Source: Phoronis australis
Lineage: Eukaryota; Animalia; Phoronida
Length of the DNA: 64,000 nucleotides
Assembly (NCBI GenBank): GCA_002633005.1
Contig: NMRA01000943.1
Span: 25,270-89,269 of the forward strand
Reading direction: 5' to 3'
A program made the position numbers and the translations under genes. Positions 38,227 through 51,838 of the stretch are shown in pieces; within the stretch, counting starts at the first letter, position 1; the number at the start of each line of letters is the position of its first letter. The notes under the pieces were generated by a model. The model did no database searches. It saw only the letters and a program-made list of their open reading frames with translations, and was not told the DNA's origin.

Positions 38227-40229
38227 ACCCATAACTAATCCTCTTGACTGCTAAGAAAAACCGTTTCATAGTTTTTTCTTTTTTCATGAAAGAAACTCGA
38301 AAAATCGAAATACAACAAGAAGAAACAAAAATAAGAACTTACTTTTTAGGAAAAAGAAAAGTTTACTTCAACCGAGCGGGGACTTCAGTTAATAGTGAAA
38401 TATAAAGCACACGAAACAGACATCGTGCCAAGAAACTGATCCGCTTTCACAAGGCTATAAAACAGTAATTTAGTCCAAAGTGGTTTGTCAGTACCGGTGT
38501 TTAAATTTCAAACTTTTGCCAAAGTTTGTTTGCGTATGGAACTGTAACAAAAAACGTATTCGGCGATCTCCATTTTGTTTCATTTTGCAGATTTTTATAG
38601 GCAAAGATTATAATACAAAATATTACAACTCAAACAAATATGTAAAATTGCCCGAAGCAAACTAATTGCAGCTTTTAAATTTGCACCACTACTCGAATGA
38701 AAATCAAAGTTCCCACAAAAACTGGGATGGCGTACTAATCCTCTTACTCAAAATTATTTTGGTCGGTTGGATTCTACTTTTGTGAGAAATTAAAAGAAAT
38801 GCCGATTATTCCGCGATCGAGAACATAAAGGATTACGTGGATGACTTCCAAATTATACTTTACACTTAATGGCCCCAGTACTATGGCTATACATGTACGT
38901 TCGAGGGGGATCTCAAAGTAAAGAAATCTCGAGATTTTACGCAAATTTGTAGCACAAATGTAAGGGACCTCAAGTAGAAACTTGGACTGCGAAGCCATAC
39001 GTATAAACAATAATGTGCTCGAACGCAGAATAATAAACAAATTTAAAACAGAAAATGCAAAGTTAATTTCGAGTTCGACTTCAAGTGCAAAGATCAGACT
39101 CCGGGTCCCGAATTTGGGTGATTATTTCAGTTTTCATACTCGTAAGCTTCGTAAATAAATACCTTAGGCGTACAGGTACATGTAAATCGAACTTACGAGC
39201 AAATACGTCCTCAGTGAATCAGCCCCAGAGAACTAAGAATGGATGTTTACGCGTTCTCAACTTTCCAAATTTCCACTCTAATGAGAGAGGCGCTCAAAGA
39301 CATGTAACCGATTGGGTACGCTTTAAGCACGCAGAACCTCAGAATGGCAAATATGACGTCCAACAAAGTTCGATGAAAATCAATTAGAAACACAACATGT
39401 AATGGCCACTTCAGCAACAGTTAGACGCAAAATATGGACTATTCATCAAATTTAATGGAATTATTGTATAAGGGTAAAGTCACGTTTACCATTTATTGAT
39501 TGTCGGCGTGAACGCAAATCAGCGTGATTTATTCAATAACTGTAATTAAGGCGTTTACACTGGCAAATAGCTTGGACATAAACGCAGGTTATAATTAGTA
39601 AAAGTAAATATCGCCATACTGCAGTTGGTGTCTGTGAAACGCATTAGCGCTTTTTGAGAATCGATAGCTTTCTTGAGCTTATTTTCCCGTGAATGTGAAG
39701 CTGGATACATTAGCAGATGGATGTTCGAATAAACAAAATTATTTGAAAAATGCCATACTCCTGCAAATAAATAAAAAGACATTTCATCTGTTAAAGGTTT
39801 TAATAATTCTGGCACTTTTGTTGTCGACATGTCAACTTTTACGCTATGTATCTTAGCTTCATGTCGCAGTTGTGCGAATAAGCATGAACCCTTCCTTGAA
39901 CACATCGAGTTACGTGAACACAAAGTTCTTATGCGTTTCGCGAGTTATTAAACTTAAAGACACAATAAATATATCCCTAACTGGAAATCTAGGCGGTTCA
40001 CGAGTTCACTTCACTCTGTATAAGAAGTGAGGGGGATATGTCAGCTGGTGATTTAGGCCGGACAAAGGTAGGGGTGAGACATTCTTGTAAACAATAGGAG
40101 ACCGGGCCGTTCAGTGGCATCTTGTAGTTCAATGGACAGTGTTTCTCTACATCAACCGGGGAAACTGGTGTTTTCGTCTGTCTTTAATATCACGAAAGTT
40201 TATACAAGTTCCTATTGCGCTCTACTGCT

Positions 40230-41198
40230 TTAAAGTGTACGCAACATGACTCTAGTACCTCAAAATAAATTTTATTATTATATCTTACTTGATTTCAGTG
40301 CTTTTAGTGCACAGCTCATAAAAAAACACGCATAAATTGAAAAAAATAATAATTATTTACAACGTCATGGGTTGAACCCAAGTCGTTCGCCATACTGTTC
40401 GGATCAGCAACAAAGTGCATAGAGTGAAGTGAAAGCAAAGTATATTTAGCGTCGAGAAGGTTCGTAGAGGGATAAAAAGATGTGTTTGCAGAGGCTGCAG
40501 CAACACCAGCCAGATGGAGAACGTCTCGGTGTTTCGAAGGACGCCAAAGTTGCGCAGAAGTGGCATCGCTTCGTGCTCCGAACGAGAGTGTGGGACCTCA
40601 GCGTGGACCAATTAAGCGATTCGGTCCGGGGCCACTCTGTGTTCTGCCCACTTTGAGGACTCGTGTTTCGACTCCAGTCAGAGGAGACGTTACGATGAAG
40701 GCCTGGTTCAATAAAGGACAATATTTACCATTCAGAAACATCGGCTCTTTATTCAGAATCTTCTGTTGGATGACTGGGTTGACTCGCCGAGCCCGAGACC
40801 GCTTCTCTCGCGGGAGTTCGTAAGGCCTCAGTGTAGAAAAGTACAGAGCCGGAAGCACATCAAACTCGTTTCCGCTTTCGTGCAACCCCATTTCTTCATC
40901 CTGGCTACCATTTACGTACGTTTCTTCACAGTATTCGTTCAATTCTTGCTAATAATCGTCGTCGCTTTCAAATTCCCTACTCTCCGCCATTGCTCAATGC
41001 CAGTCACTGATCTCTTGTGTTCAACCCATGACGTCACATGGCGGGAAATGTAAAAATTTTCAAAATTGAAAGAAAAATCAAAATTTCGAGCTAACTACAC
41101 AAAATAAACATGGATTTAGCTAAATTTTACGTCATAAATTTAGTCTGTGGCCACCGGTAATTCAAAATGTGCAAAAATCCATGGTGTGTACTGTTTAA
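40230..41198. mobile_element. Kolobok-like non-autonomous transposon with a frameshifted THAP domain (+, ~40475-40700) and a convergent acidic ORF remnant (-, from 40990)
   Basis: TTAA at both ends; degenerate TIR (AGTGTACGCAACATG vs ACAGTACACACCATG, 11/15). THAP pieces CVCRGCSN…SVF / KVAQKWHRFV.RTR / LCSAHFEDSCF lie in different frames. Minus strand reads MAESREFESDDDY*QELNEY…LRPYELP. Confidence 0.7.
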
Positions 41199-43770
41199 CG
41201 ACAATAAAATACTGCTGACTGATCTACATGTAAACTGAGATTTCAAGGACAGAAACTGAAATTTTTAACATGTTTGGCTTCTGAAAATGAATTCCCGTAA
41301 AAATTAGTAGAATCGTTCTTCCGAGGAAAATATACTGATAGAATTGGCCAAAAACACTGCAATGGGTTTCGTTTGCTGAAAACAGTTTTGAGTCGATGGG
41401 TGTTTACATTAATGAAATCATTCAGTATTTCAGACAATATTGACGTTTACATCGTGACATTGGATAAAAGACTGAGCCACAGAGGCAATTTACAAAAGAA
41501 AGGTAGATTGCAGGCCTCTCAGTACCGGTATGGTTTGGAATACGGAATGGGGGATAGTTGTAATTGGTTGGGTGGTAGTGGCATATACTTCAGCAAACCG
41601 CCAGTCTTAAGTTTNTATTGACGTTTACATCGTGACATTGGATAAAAGACTGAGCCACAGAGGCAATTTACAAAAGAAAGGTAGATTGCAGGCCTCTCAG
41701 TACCGGTATGGTTTGGAATACGGAATGGGGGATAGTTGTAATTGGTTAGGTGGTCCTGGCATATACTTCAGCAAACCGCCAGTCTTAAGTTTTCAATAAC
41801 TGTCCGAGTGGTCCTGGCATGCTTCAGGATTTTGCCAGTCATAGTTTTCAAAACTGAGTTAATGGTCCGCTGTATATTCGGCGAAAAGCCAAAAGCATGT
41901 GCAAAGCTCCTGATTGATCGAATTTGTGTCACATGGCTGCCACCAAATCATCCCAACACCATTCACCGCTGCCTCGGGGGACAACGTTGGTGGCTGATCA
42001 TCGGAAGCCGAGGAAAATTTTTGAGCGAAAATGTACTTAAATCCAGCAAACCCAACAAGTTCAGACGTTACTATAACTAAATTTGGTAGTTTTGGTGTTT
42101 TTGATTGGACCATCCATTATGGAGTCTCCAGCATCCACAGGTGATGTATTGCTTAACCAACACGATGCAATGAATGTTTTTGCCGCAATTCCTCAAATGA
42201 AAACGAGACTCGTTTCCTCTACTGATGGTATACTTGCCAAAAGCGGTTAATATACAAGATCATGAATTTATACAGTGCCATAACGTTAACCTTTGACATC
42301 CTGCCGTAGGGTTATCTTCACAAAAATCGAACTGACGTCACAAACGCCTTCCCATAAATACACTGTACGCTTATGGATGATCCTTTGGTCCACCTTATAG
42401 ACCTAGCTACAGGCACAAACATGTAGATAACTACATGCGTAAATTGACAGGCGGATACAGGACGTCGTAAGAGGGTTGCACCAGTAGCTTTTGAAGTAAT
42501 TCGCCTGTGTAGATCCTAAAGTCAGAATGCTGTGGCGTTTTCTTTTTTTTTTCGGTCGTGTTCGTACAGTAAGGGGTTTACAGTCGGGCTCGATATAGAG
42601 ACTGTGTGCCTCATTGGTTTGAGCTCTGGACTCCCGTTTGGGATACCCGATTTCGAATTCTGGCTTTACTAGGAGACAATCGAGCATTGTACAAAGGTGA
42701 CTCCTTCTCCTCCGAGCTCAGTGTATGCACGGGAATGGATGCATGAGAACCTGGATATCATGCGAAAGCGATTTCTGGAGCTGTGCGTATACATAAAATA
42801 TGTCCCCTTCAATTCTCGTACATGTGTATGAGCTTAATTGCTAATCTCAGTTTGACGTAGGCAATTCAGTTACAAAAAGGCACCATTCAGTAACGGTATG
42901 CACTGTGCATCTCTGATCGGGCGCCCATGATACACACAGATGAGTACTGTACAATGTTAAGATGATTAACAGAAACATGTATTAACAACGATTACATCTG
43001 TTTGCGTCACTAACAACACCTTTTTTACAGCGGGAAATCGGTGGTAGCCACTCGAATTGTCCATTAAATAACAAACACAGTATCTGTTAATAACTGATGG
43101 GTTTGAATGAATGGTTAGTACATTTGTATGTAGGTTAATACAGTTGCAAGGCGACAGGCAACAGTAAAAAGATCGCTTAAGGCTCGCATGAAATGCCTTG
43201 GACACATATCCACCTGTGTCACTTGACTGGAATGTTGGGAACTTTTGTCTTCTGTCTTGAGAATGGTTCAGAAACGCGATAAACCGAAACGTCGATCAAT
43301 ATGTCGTTATTTACATGCGATGGTTTTAATGTTCGTGCTCTTGTCCAACACTATGACTGATGCCTGGGCCGATCCTTTATCGCTACGCGATCGAGCGACT
43401 TTTGAGAGGAAGCAATAATTTATTGCGGTCTGCTGTCGCCTTAGAAAATCACCCAATAATCGCTCGACTGTCGACCGATCCTTCTGTCGAAAACTTATAA
43501 GTTCGACATCTCGCAGAAGTGTTATGTGATCGAGGCATAAGCCTTGGTAAAGTTCAGTAACGCTAGCAACTCCCTAAAACGCAGTGCGTTGCGTGATATT
43601 GCGGCGTATCTTAAATGAATAACACATGATTTTGGCTAGATCTCAGGGACGTTCTAGCGTGGATCTGTACGGTCACAGGGAGGGTAAACGCTCTTTAGGT
43701 CGGTGTCAACGACGTCCATCTTAATTTCCCGGCCACCTGAGTCACTGTGTGTCGTACCCTGTAGCTCCAC

Positions 43771-46700
43771 CTACAGTGCATTGTTTTTTATGTTAGTTGT
43801 TATCCAGTCATGGAATTGACTCACTTTAGTGTAAACACCAGGTTTGTTTGGTCTACCGCAGCCGAGTCCCCAGGAAGTTATGCCGATTAAGGTATATCTA
43901 CCTGAAAAGAGAGGTTTACCCAATAATTTTTTAAACTCCTTGAAACCAAATACAAACTGAAGTAGAATGACTTTGATGCAGAGTTGACCACCGCAGAAGC
44001 CCAACCAGTCACGAGACGGCTTGTCAGACGGCAGATTTGCCTTCTTGGCGTTGTTGAGAAGCCTGCGCATTACTGTAATTTCCAATGACGTGATTTTTCC
44101 CATGGTGGTTGCTCCTGATTGGCTAGAATTTTTGCATTTTGCTTAGTAATTAATCACCTTCTAACAAACATCTGAGCACTTCGCTAGTTCACAAAGCAAT
44201 GAAACTAAGAACAAAGCGGCAAAATTGCCCGGCTAAAATCTAAAACAGGCTCCATCTGGTGTTAATCTACATCACTATAATGTTGGTGAAACACTTTTTC
44301 TCCCTTACGCATTATTCTAACGCTTATGCACACAGCTCATAGAAATAAAGAGTTACAACTATGTAAGTGAAACAAATAAGACGCAGCAAGTCTAGGTCTG
44401 CAAAGGTTAACATGGGTAACTCGTCATTTGAAAGTGACCACAATCGAAAATAATTTATACCATTGTACAACGTTAAACGAAATGTTGAAACATGTGCCTT
44501 AATGACACAACAAGTATCAGATATAGAGAGAATTGAAGGACGTTTTCGGCCGTCGGAGGAAATGGTCACTTTCATTAAATTTTAATAGCAATATTAAACT
44601 GGTTTCTTAATCATTTAAATTCAAGTACACTACGTCACATATCCAGTGTTATTTCGTTCGAAGTGTTAATTTGTAAAAGATCTTAAAGTTACCACCAAGT
44701 CTGCAAACTAGCGGTCCTCCACTGTCGGCGTAGCAAGCATCCACGCCGCCTTCAACGAACCCCGCGCAAAACATTCTTTCGGTTACCAACCGTCCACCGT
44801 GTAGTTTAACGCATGCGTCGTGGTCTATCACTGGTACAGTGGCCGAATGTAACACGTTAGGAAGTACTAAAACAAAACGATCAGTCTGTGCTAACCAAGT
44901 TTATTAACGTAGTTTGCAGGGATTAATCCCCACTAAATTGGCGAGGGTTTGAAACACAAAAGCTGTGTACTGGGCTGTCTGGAGGTACTGGTGAACGATA
45001 TGGGAAGAGCACATTCAACAAATGTGCTCATTTGGCGTTAGAGAGGGGAACCTTTATCCTTTAGCGTTTATTTGAACCTTACGATTTAAAATTAATGAGA
45101 AATCCAGAGGGATTAGAGGAAGCAGCTTTGCGGGAAGTCGGTGGAAATGAGGGAGCATGATTCAAATGTGAGATGATAACCAGATTGTCCTGAGCGGCCT
45201 CTGCATTTGCGCGGTTTTGACTTCCGCGCTTACCTTCCGACGTGTCTGTGATCCCGACGACGATGATATTGGCAATGATAACATTCAGTGGGTACCTAAC
45301 TTTTGTAGGGCTTGGTCACTGAGTTGTACACGTAAGGCTCTTGGATACCAACGGAGAGGCCTCAAGTAGTACTCACCCAGTATTCCCGAAGATGAACAGC
45401 ATTTCAGAGGGGACTCCTTGAAAATTGCCCAAAAATGGTTGTGTATCCCAACACTCTCAGTGCACGCTTGCTGGTGGGCTTATAAAAGTAAAATATACCG
45501 CCGGTTCCTCCCACTTTAATTGAACGTGCACTCGAACTATTGGGACTAACTAAACACATACATATCACGTGATGTCACCCTAGAGAAACGTCGACATCGA
45601 GCAATCAACCAATTAGGCCTGTATTGAAATAATCCAAAGAGTTCCTCCTCGCATATATTTCACAGATCGGATTAAAGCGGATCCGCCGGAATGAAAAGTT
45701 TGATTCCGGTCCGACACCAAAGTTTTTCAAGCGATCCATGGAATGAAAAAGCTGAGGACTTATATTATTTTGAAACAGAACGCAGAATAATAAACGTCTA
45801 AGTAGCAATTCGCCGGCGCCAATCCCGACTTAGTCGAGAGCTCATACGACTTCACGGGTCGGTTCGTTAGGTTTCACAGACTATTAGTTCAAACCAGAAT
45901 ACGTACACTGATCCAGAAATACAAGAGAGGCGCGGTGAACATGCAAATGCAACAGAACGTATGCATAGTGCTATGGTAAGCTGGAATTCGTCAGAGAAAT
46001 CACTGGCGACCAAATGCCGGCAAAAGACACATCGGAGATGTTTCACGGCCCCAATACTTGCTATTAACAGTGTACTTTTCATTCTTCACTACTGCGAGCC
46101 ACTTCCTAAGCATTTCGGGCTCTCGAGGAAATCGAAAAAACGAAATACCCGATTTCTTCGCACCTTCATTGTTCGGACAAGCGGGAACAATGCAACGCAA
46201 TATAGCGGCATTCATTCTGCAGATGAACCACTGACGTCGCTGTGTCGTTTCCCACCTTCCTCACAGGTTAACGCGAGACCTCTCGGCAAGGTAAGGTCGA
46301 CCGTATAAGAGGCGCCGATGTGGATATAGACCGATTAAAGCGGTAAAAAAGGCTAATTAAATCGGGTGGTATTCTCCTTCAAGCCTAATCAACCCTATAG
46401 CCTTAACGTGGGCGTTGTTTCACGATGGAAATATTTACACGCTTTAAAAACCTTGTTACGTTGCCGAACTTTTGCGAGCGGACTCACGAAACGTCGTCGA
46501 TTTCCAAGACATGTTGTTTGGCTGTTGTTAGTGAGCCGACGGATAGACTAAACCGGGTCGGCGAGTTCAATAACTGCTTCGCCGCTACAGAAATCTAGCC
46601 AAAAATAAGAGCTCTCATTAAAATTACGTGGCGACATCTCGCAAGTTTTTTACTTTTAAATTTCAAGCGAACCACTTGCATTACACGACCATGATAATTG

Positions 46701-46980
46701 CACAAGTGATAGGTTACAACAAAGTAGATGGCCTTATTCCACGCCATATTACCTCGAGAATCGAATCCCCAGCCAGACACGATGCAACCCTGCCTCCTAC
46801 GGCGGACGTTTTCAAACACAGATGGCGTTGCCAGGCAGGCCGGCTGAACAATTTGACTGAAAACGATGCCCAAGCCATTGACCGGTTTGACCCTGACCAT
46901 AGCGATGTCGTTGTCAAGACTACTCTCGCCTGCAATGGACGAAAGAGTGGGTGCAAGGAACGTCAATTGGAAACAGTTTC
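43771..46980 (-). CDS. C-terminal part of a trypsin-family (S1A) serine protease domain; complement(join(43771-43901,44693-44866,46753-46980))
   Basis: [10 protein letters not shown] (Asp102), [33 protein letters not shown] (Asp189, Ser195), [27 protein letters not shown]; GT-AG phase-1 introns. No IVGG or TAAHC exon found. Confidence 0.88.
45985..46215 (-). pseudogene. Frameshifted THAP zinc-finger remnant (transposon-derived) in a protease intron
   Basis: RCIVPACPN…[21 protein letters not shown], then in another frame [13 protein letters not shown]; element ends not resolved. Confidence 0.7.
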
Positions 46981-48691
46981 CTGTAGGAAAAACAAATGTT
47001 CGAAGAGAGGTTTCAAACAGGAAAATGAAAGCAGATAACAGTGGTGCTAATTATTAGATAAACTTCGCGTTTAGTAAAAGTGTACCAAATGGGGATTTGG
47101 CCTAGTAACGGATACTAAAAACGACTTATCCATACAGTTATGTTACCATATACAACCCTCATAAGTTTGGAGCAAAATTTGAAAACGCCTTTCAAAATGT
47201 GCTAAACGGGCAAGTAAGCGTGATCTACAATACGCTTTAGGCGAGTTACAGTGCAGCTGTGGTGAAAGACCGTCCATCAACTGAAGAACCATAATATCCA
47301 ACGCGTGACATAGGGAGCATGAGTTTTTATTTCAATCCTGCTTTAATCACTCAAGTCGTGTGCCAATGATGCATTAGCAGATGAAAGAACGACGATTGGT
47401 TGAAATAACCAAAACAGGGTTTAATGTTATTTTAACTTTGATAACAACACATCAAAGCGACTACAAACCTACATTTNAACGCCTTTCAAAATGTGCTAAA
47501 CGGGCAAGTAAGCGTGATCTACGATACGCTTTAGGCGAGTTACAGTGCAGCTGTGGTGAAAGACCTTCCATCAACTGAAGAACCATAATATCCAACGCGT
47601 GACATAGGGAGCATGAGTTTTTATTTCAATCCTGCTTTAATCACTCAAGTCGTGTGCCAATGATGCATTAGCAGATGTAAGAACGACGATTGGTTGAAAT
47701 GATCAAAACAGGGTTTAATGTTATTTTAACTTTGATAACAACACATCAAAGCGACTACAAACCTACATTTCGTTCTAGAAGCTGACCTCAGACATTGCTT
47801 TCAACTTTTTCCAATCAGATGTAAGGTGATTTTCTCGAAAGAACGGAAAGTTCGCTAGTCCTCGAGACCATGTTCCTCGCATGAAATGACACTTCGTGAC
47901 AAATCAACCTTTAGAGCTTGGTCTCTAACAATAATTGCCTGTTCTTTCTGCGAAATCCTTTAATTACCTCCAATTTGACTCAAGGAATTTTGAGACCAAC
48001 TTGATAACGGAACGTGTCCTCAAAACGTTTTTGTTGTGAAATGGAGAATTTATGACAATTACATGTACAATGTAAGTTGAAGGAACTCTTTTCTGCTGCG
48101 AAGCTTTAACTTAAAGTCAACAACGTTTAATTCAGGTGCTATTTCGTAAAATGGCCGTCTTAATCAAGCTGAAGAGAAACTCTGGACTTGGAAAAATAAC
48201 TCACACAAAGGAGACTCAATAAACCGCTTGGTTGTTATTTTACGTTACTTTGGACTTTTCACCAGCTAGCCGAAGTAGAGCGCTCAATATATCTTTAAAA
48301 AATATACAAGCCCACCTTTAAAATGTTCGTGAACGATGAGGACGTCTATGGAGAAAGACTGTTNCACCCCACACGTTTGAAACTCGAATTTGAGTGGTGT
48401 ACAGTAAAGTTGTCTTGCGCAATATCATACGGTGTACATGTCAGTGGCGGATCTAGGATATCACTAGGGGGGGGCCCAACATTTTGTCCGGCTGGAAGCA
48501 TTTGCGCAAACTGAACCACGATTGTAGATGCGCATAGCACCGAATGGGGGGAGGTCAACCCCCCTCCCGCCCAGGAAATTTTTCTGTTTTTACCTCTAAA
48601 AATCAAGCATTTTCCTTGATTCCTGAAGTATTATTCAAGAAAAAAAAGGCAAAAAAAAAACACGGAGAACGTATCAAACAGGAAAAAAGTG

Positions 48692-48760
48692 CAACTGTCA
48701 AGACTCGAACTCACGACAGTGCGGGTTGAGCGCGCGTACGTTACCACTACAGCACCACGC
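48692..48760 (-). repeat. tRNA-derived (A-box/B-box) sequence embedded in a repeat
   Basis: Minus strand reads GCGTGGTGCTGTAGTGGTAACG…GTGAGTTCGAGTCTTGAC; no complete cloverleaf. Confidence 0.45.
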
Positions 48761-49846
48761 TTAAACTACAAGGTTCACACTAAAAGACTTACTTGTTTAT
48801 GGGCCACAGCGTTTGCGCGCGTAACCTACTTCTTTTTGTAATGCTTATTACATGTTTTATATTTTGTGCCATCAATTCTTAACAAATTTGTCGTATTTGA
48901 AATAGTCTTCAAATGCCCAAAAGACCAAATCCATTTTTCGTGTTGGCAATAATGACGGGATTGCTTTGGAAACCGTCTTTAAGATAAGGTTTGACAAAGA
49001 GAGTATTGCGAGTTCCTGAGTGATTCACTAAGGTTTCGATTAAAATTCACATCTTACCAGCAGCTTCTGTTTTTTCATCGCCACTCAGGTTCCATTTTCT
49101 TTAAAAAATGAAGTAAATTTTCTTTATTGCACAGTGGAGCAGACGACGGAAACGGAGTCGTACTGCACAGCGCCGCTGCCGGTCGCCTAGGATAGCGCGG
49201 GAGATTCAATACTTAGTCATAGTTCCGTTACGAACGCGCCGTGTTCCGAATTTGANAATTCCACAGTTGCGATCTACGAAACACGTGACGTACACGAATC
49301 GTGTGAATTGTAAATCAAATAACACGGGGGGGTGGGGTAACTTACGGTCAAAAAGGCCTATAGCAGGGAGGCAAGTTTGCCGGCGGTGTGGCCGGGCCTC
49401 CAAACTTCAAAAATCTTTGAAACTGTTTATAGATTGATAAAAAGATCGACGTACGGCATGCTCAAAGAAAACTTTAGTTTTCTTAAATGTGAATGAACTT
49501 TAAAATCAGTGCATATGGAAACAACGACATTGTCTTAATTGACATTTCAGTATGTTGTCACTAGACCATTCTCAAGGCAAATGCTCACAATATTCCAATC
49601 AGGTAACGTGTACATGTACCTGTGCAGATTTTTTCCACCTGTATTAACTGACCGGAATAGTGTGAACATCTGTCTTGAGAATAAAGTGACAATAAACCAA
49701 AACGTCGATTTATACGATGTCGTTGTTTACATATGCTCTGATTTTAATTGTCGTACTCATATTTTGGCCAAAACAAAGGTGACCATTCTTAAATGCATCC
49801 CTGATTCTCAATTAAAATAAATTAAAATCAATTTGTGGTTAGTTAC

Positions 49847-51838
49847 CACATTGAGGAATATCACAGTAATCCCATGCGGTGCTGTTCTCTGCAGTGTAAC
49901 ACCAGGGTCCTCTCGGATCGCCGTCAGGGGCGCGACACAAGTTTCTTGCATGACGTAGGGAACCATCACATGGGAAGTTGCTGTCCACGGTTCCAGTGCA
50001 TTTCGAAGGATACATTTGTGAACTCCACGATTTACATCTCTGACCACTTCTTGTGACCGACCATCTGCCACTATATGACGGCCCAGATGCACATGTCAGG
50101 AAACAAAGCGGAGGAGGTTCTAAAATGTATAGTCGTTTCACTCAGTCCACTAAACTTTTTCCCTGCGGGAGGCAACAAAACTGGACCTAGGCCATTGAAA
50201 CGTTAATGTGACATTCCACAAATATATTAACTATACATAGAGAGCCACAATCTCTCGCCAATATATAGCGCGAAGTCGGGCAGTAACAGGTAGTTTTAGT
50301 TCGTGCCTTTGCATTATGAAGATGGATTGATAGCACATAAGGTAACTGAGCGATGTTTATGTAATACAAGTATTTCCTTATAGGGGTATCATGTTTATGC
50401 AATACAAGTATTACATGTACCTTATAGGAGCATCATGTTTTAAACAGTGGCAGTGGTCGTATGTTTGAATTTTTTTGCGACGAACACAAAATCGAGTCTT
50501 GTGCTTTCTGACAATTTATAATAATGGTCAGCTATTATTTTTCGCTTAATGAAACGCCAAAATTTCCCCTGACGACCGCACGCCTAAGCAGAAGTCACAT
50601 TCATCGTCAGATAATTGCCTCGTGACTCAGATTGAAAAGGCAGTAACATGGATGTGGTTAAACCATTCTAGATTTATGTTGACCATATTACAGTAGTTGA
50701 TACTGTATTAGTGACATGCAGTTAACCAAATTAGCCGTCGTGACGGGGAAACGGTACATGTATTTTGCCTGATTACTTTTGCCTTTTACAATAATTGAAA
50801 TATATATGAAAATAAGCAAAATGACAAACTTTATACTGGAATGAATGAATTTACACTGAAGCAATTCATAACCTTCATTCAGTGCATGGTATTACGGTGC
50901 GTTATTACATGTAGGTATGCTAACAATCCCGTCGTGTAAACAAAGAGTACATGTAATTCCCTAAAACGTACATGTAAATTAAAACAAACACGTTATGGCT
51001 TCACTAACACATCGTTTTACCTACCACACCTGGGTACGAAACAAAATGAACGGCGCATGTATCCAAACTCGGTGTAGCACCAAGGTATATCCGACTTGAT
51101 GGCTCTACAGTAGTTCTTGGCGGATACTCTGGAGTAGTTGTCGCAGGGAAAATCGGCGTCGTCTATCCCAAGAACAGCCACCGCAGGGTCAAGTTCAGCC
51201 CAGTGACGGCACGTGAAGATCATGTAGTCGGTGTTCACGAATCCAGCATAGTTATTTCCGTTCCAATCCGTGCACGCTCTGCGACATTCTCTCAAAAAAA
51301 CGTCACAATATGCAATGAATACTCTAATTATACAGATCATGAGTGCACAAATACTGTACATGTCCACCTAGACAAGATCTGAGATGCTTATTAACTAAGT
51401 CAATAAAAATCTTGTAAAATTAACAATCTGACGTTTTGTATAGCAAATACAATTACGAGCAGACTCTGAGAAACATTCTGGGGTTCATTATTGTGGTACT
51501 AACTCGGACCATCTAAGTCAACAAAAAGTGCATCCCGACACTGAAAAATAGAAAGTGAAATATTTTTATCTCCCGACCTACAGTACAGTGTACCTAGTTC
51601 AAAGGAGTACAAGGCTAGTTGTATCAGTTTCTATTTACACTAAGTCCCCACACTGAATTGAGACGGTTGGATGGAGTATCGTAGAGCAGTCCCGGGAGAA
51701 TGAGTCGGACTGAATTCCTTGCACGAAAAAGATACATGTATTTCATTATCGATGAACGATTTGCTTACTGTTTCCCTCTTCACTAGAGGCCGCGGTGATA
51801 AGCAACAGCACTGTAAAGTACACCAGGAATGACATCAT
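49847..51838 (-). CDS. Signal peptide plus two kringle domains (plasminogen-like N-terminus); complement(join(49847-50119,51025-51288,51769-51838))
   Basis: MMSFLVYFTVLLLITAASSEE signal peptide; kringle 1 GNNYAG…TCRHW…AKNYCRA…PWCYT…FCFVPRC; kringle 2 GPSYSG.WSVTRSGQRCKSW…RNLCRAPDGDPRGPWCYT…WDYCDIPQC; symmetric phase-1 exons. Confidence 0.88.

Noticed and set aside
41438-41793. ~177-bp tandem duplication
   Set aside because: Centred on N41615; same scaffolding artefact.
42570-42790. Plus-strand exon-like segment (KGFTVGLDIETVCL…RKRFLELC)
   Set aside because: Contains an in-frame stop, has no recognisable domain and no partner exons; BLASTx would be needed.
47184-47770. ~293-bp tandem duplication
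   Set aside because: Centred on N47477; same artefact, with allele-level SNPs.
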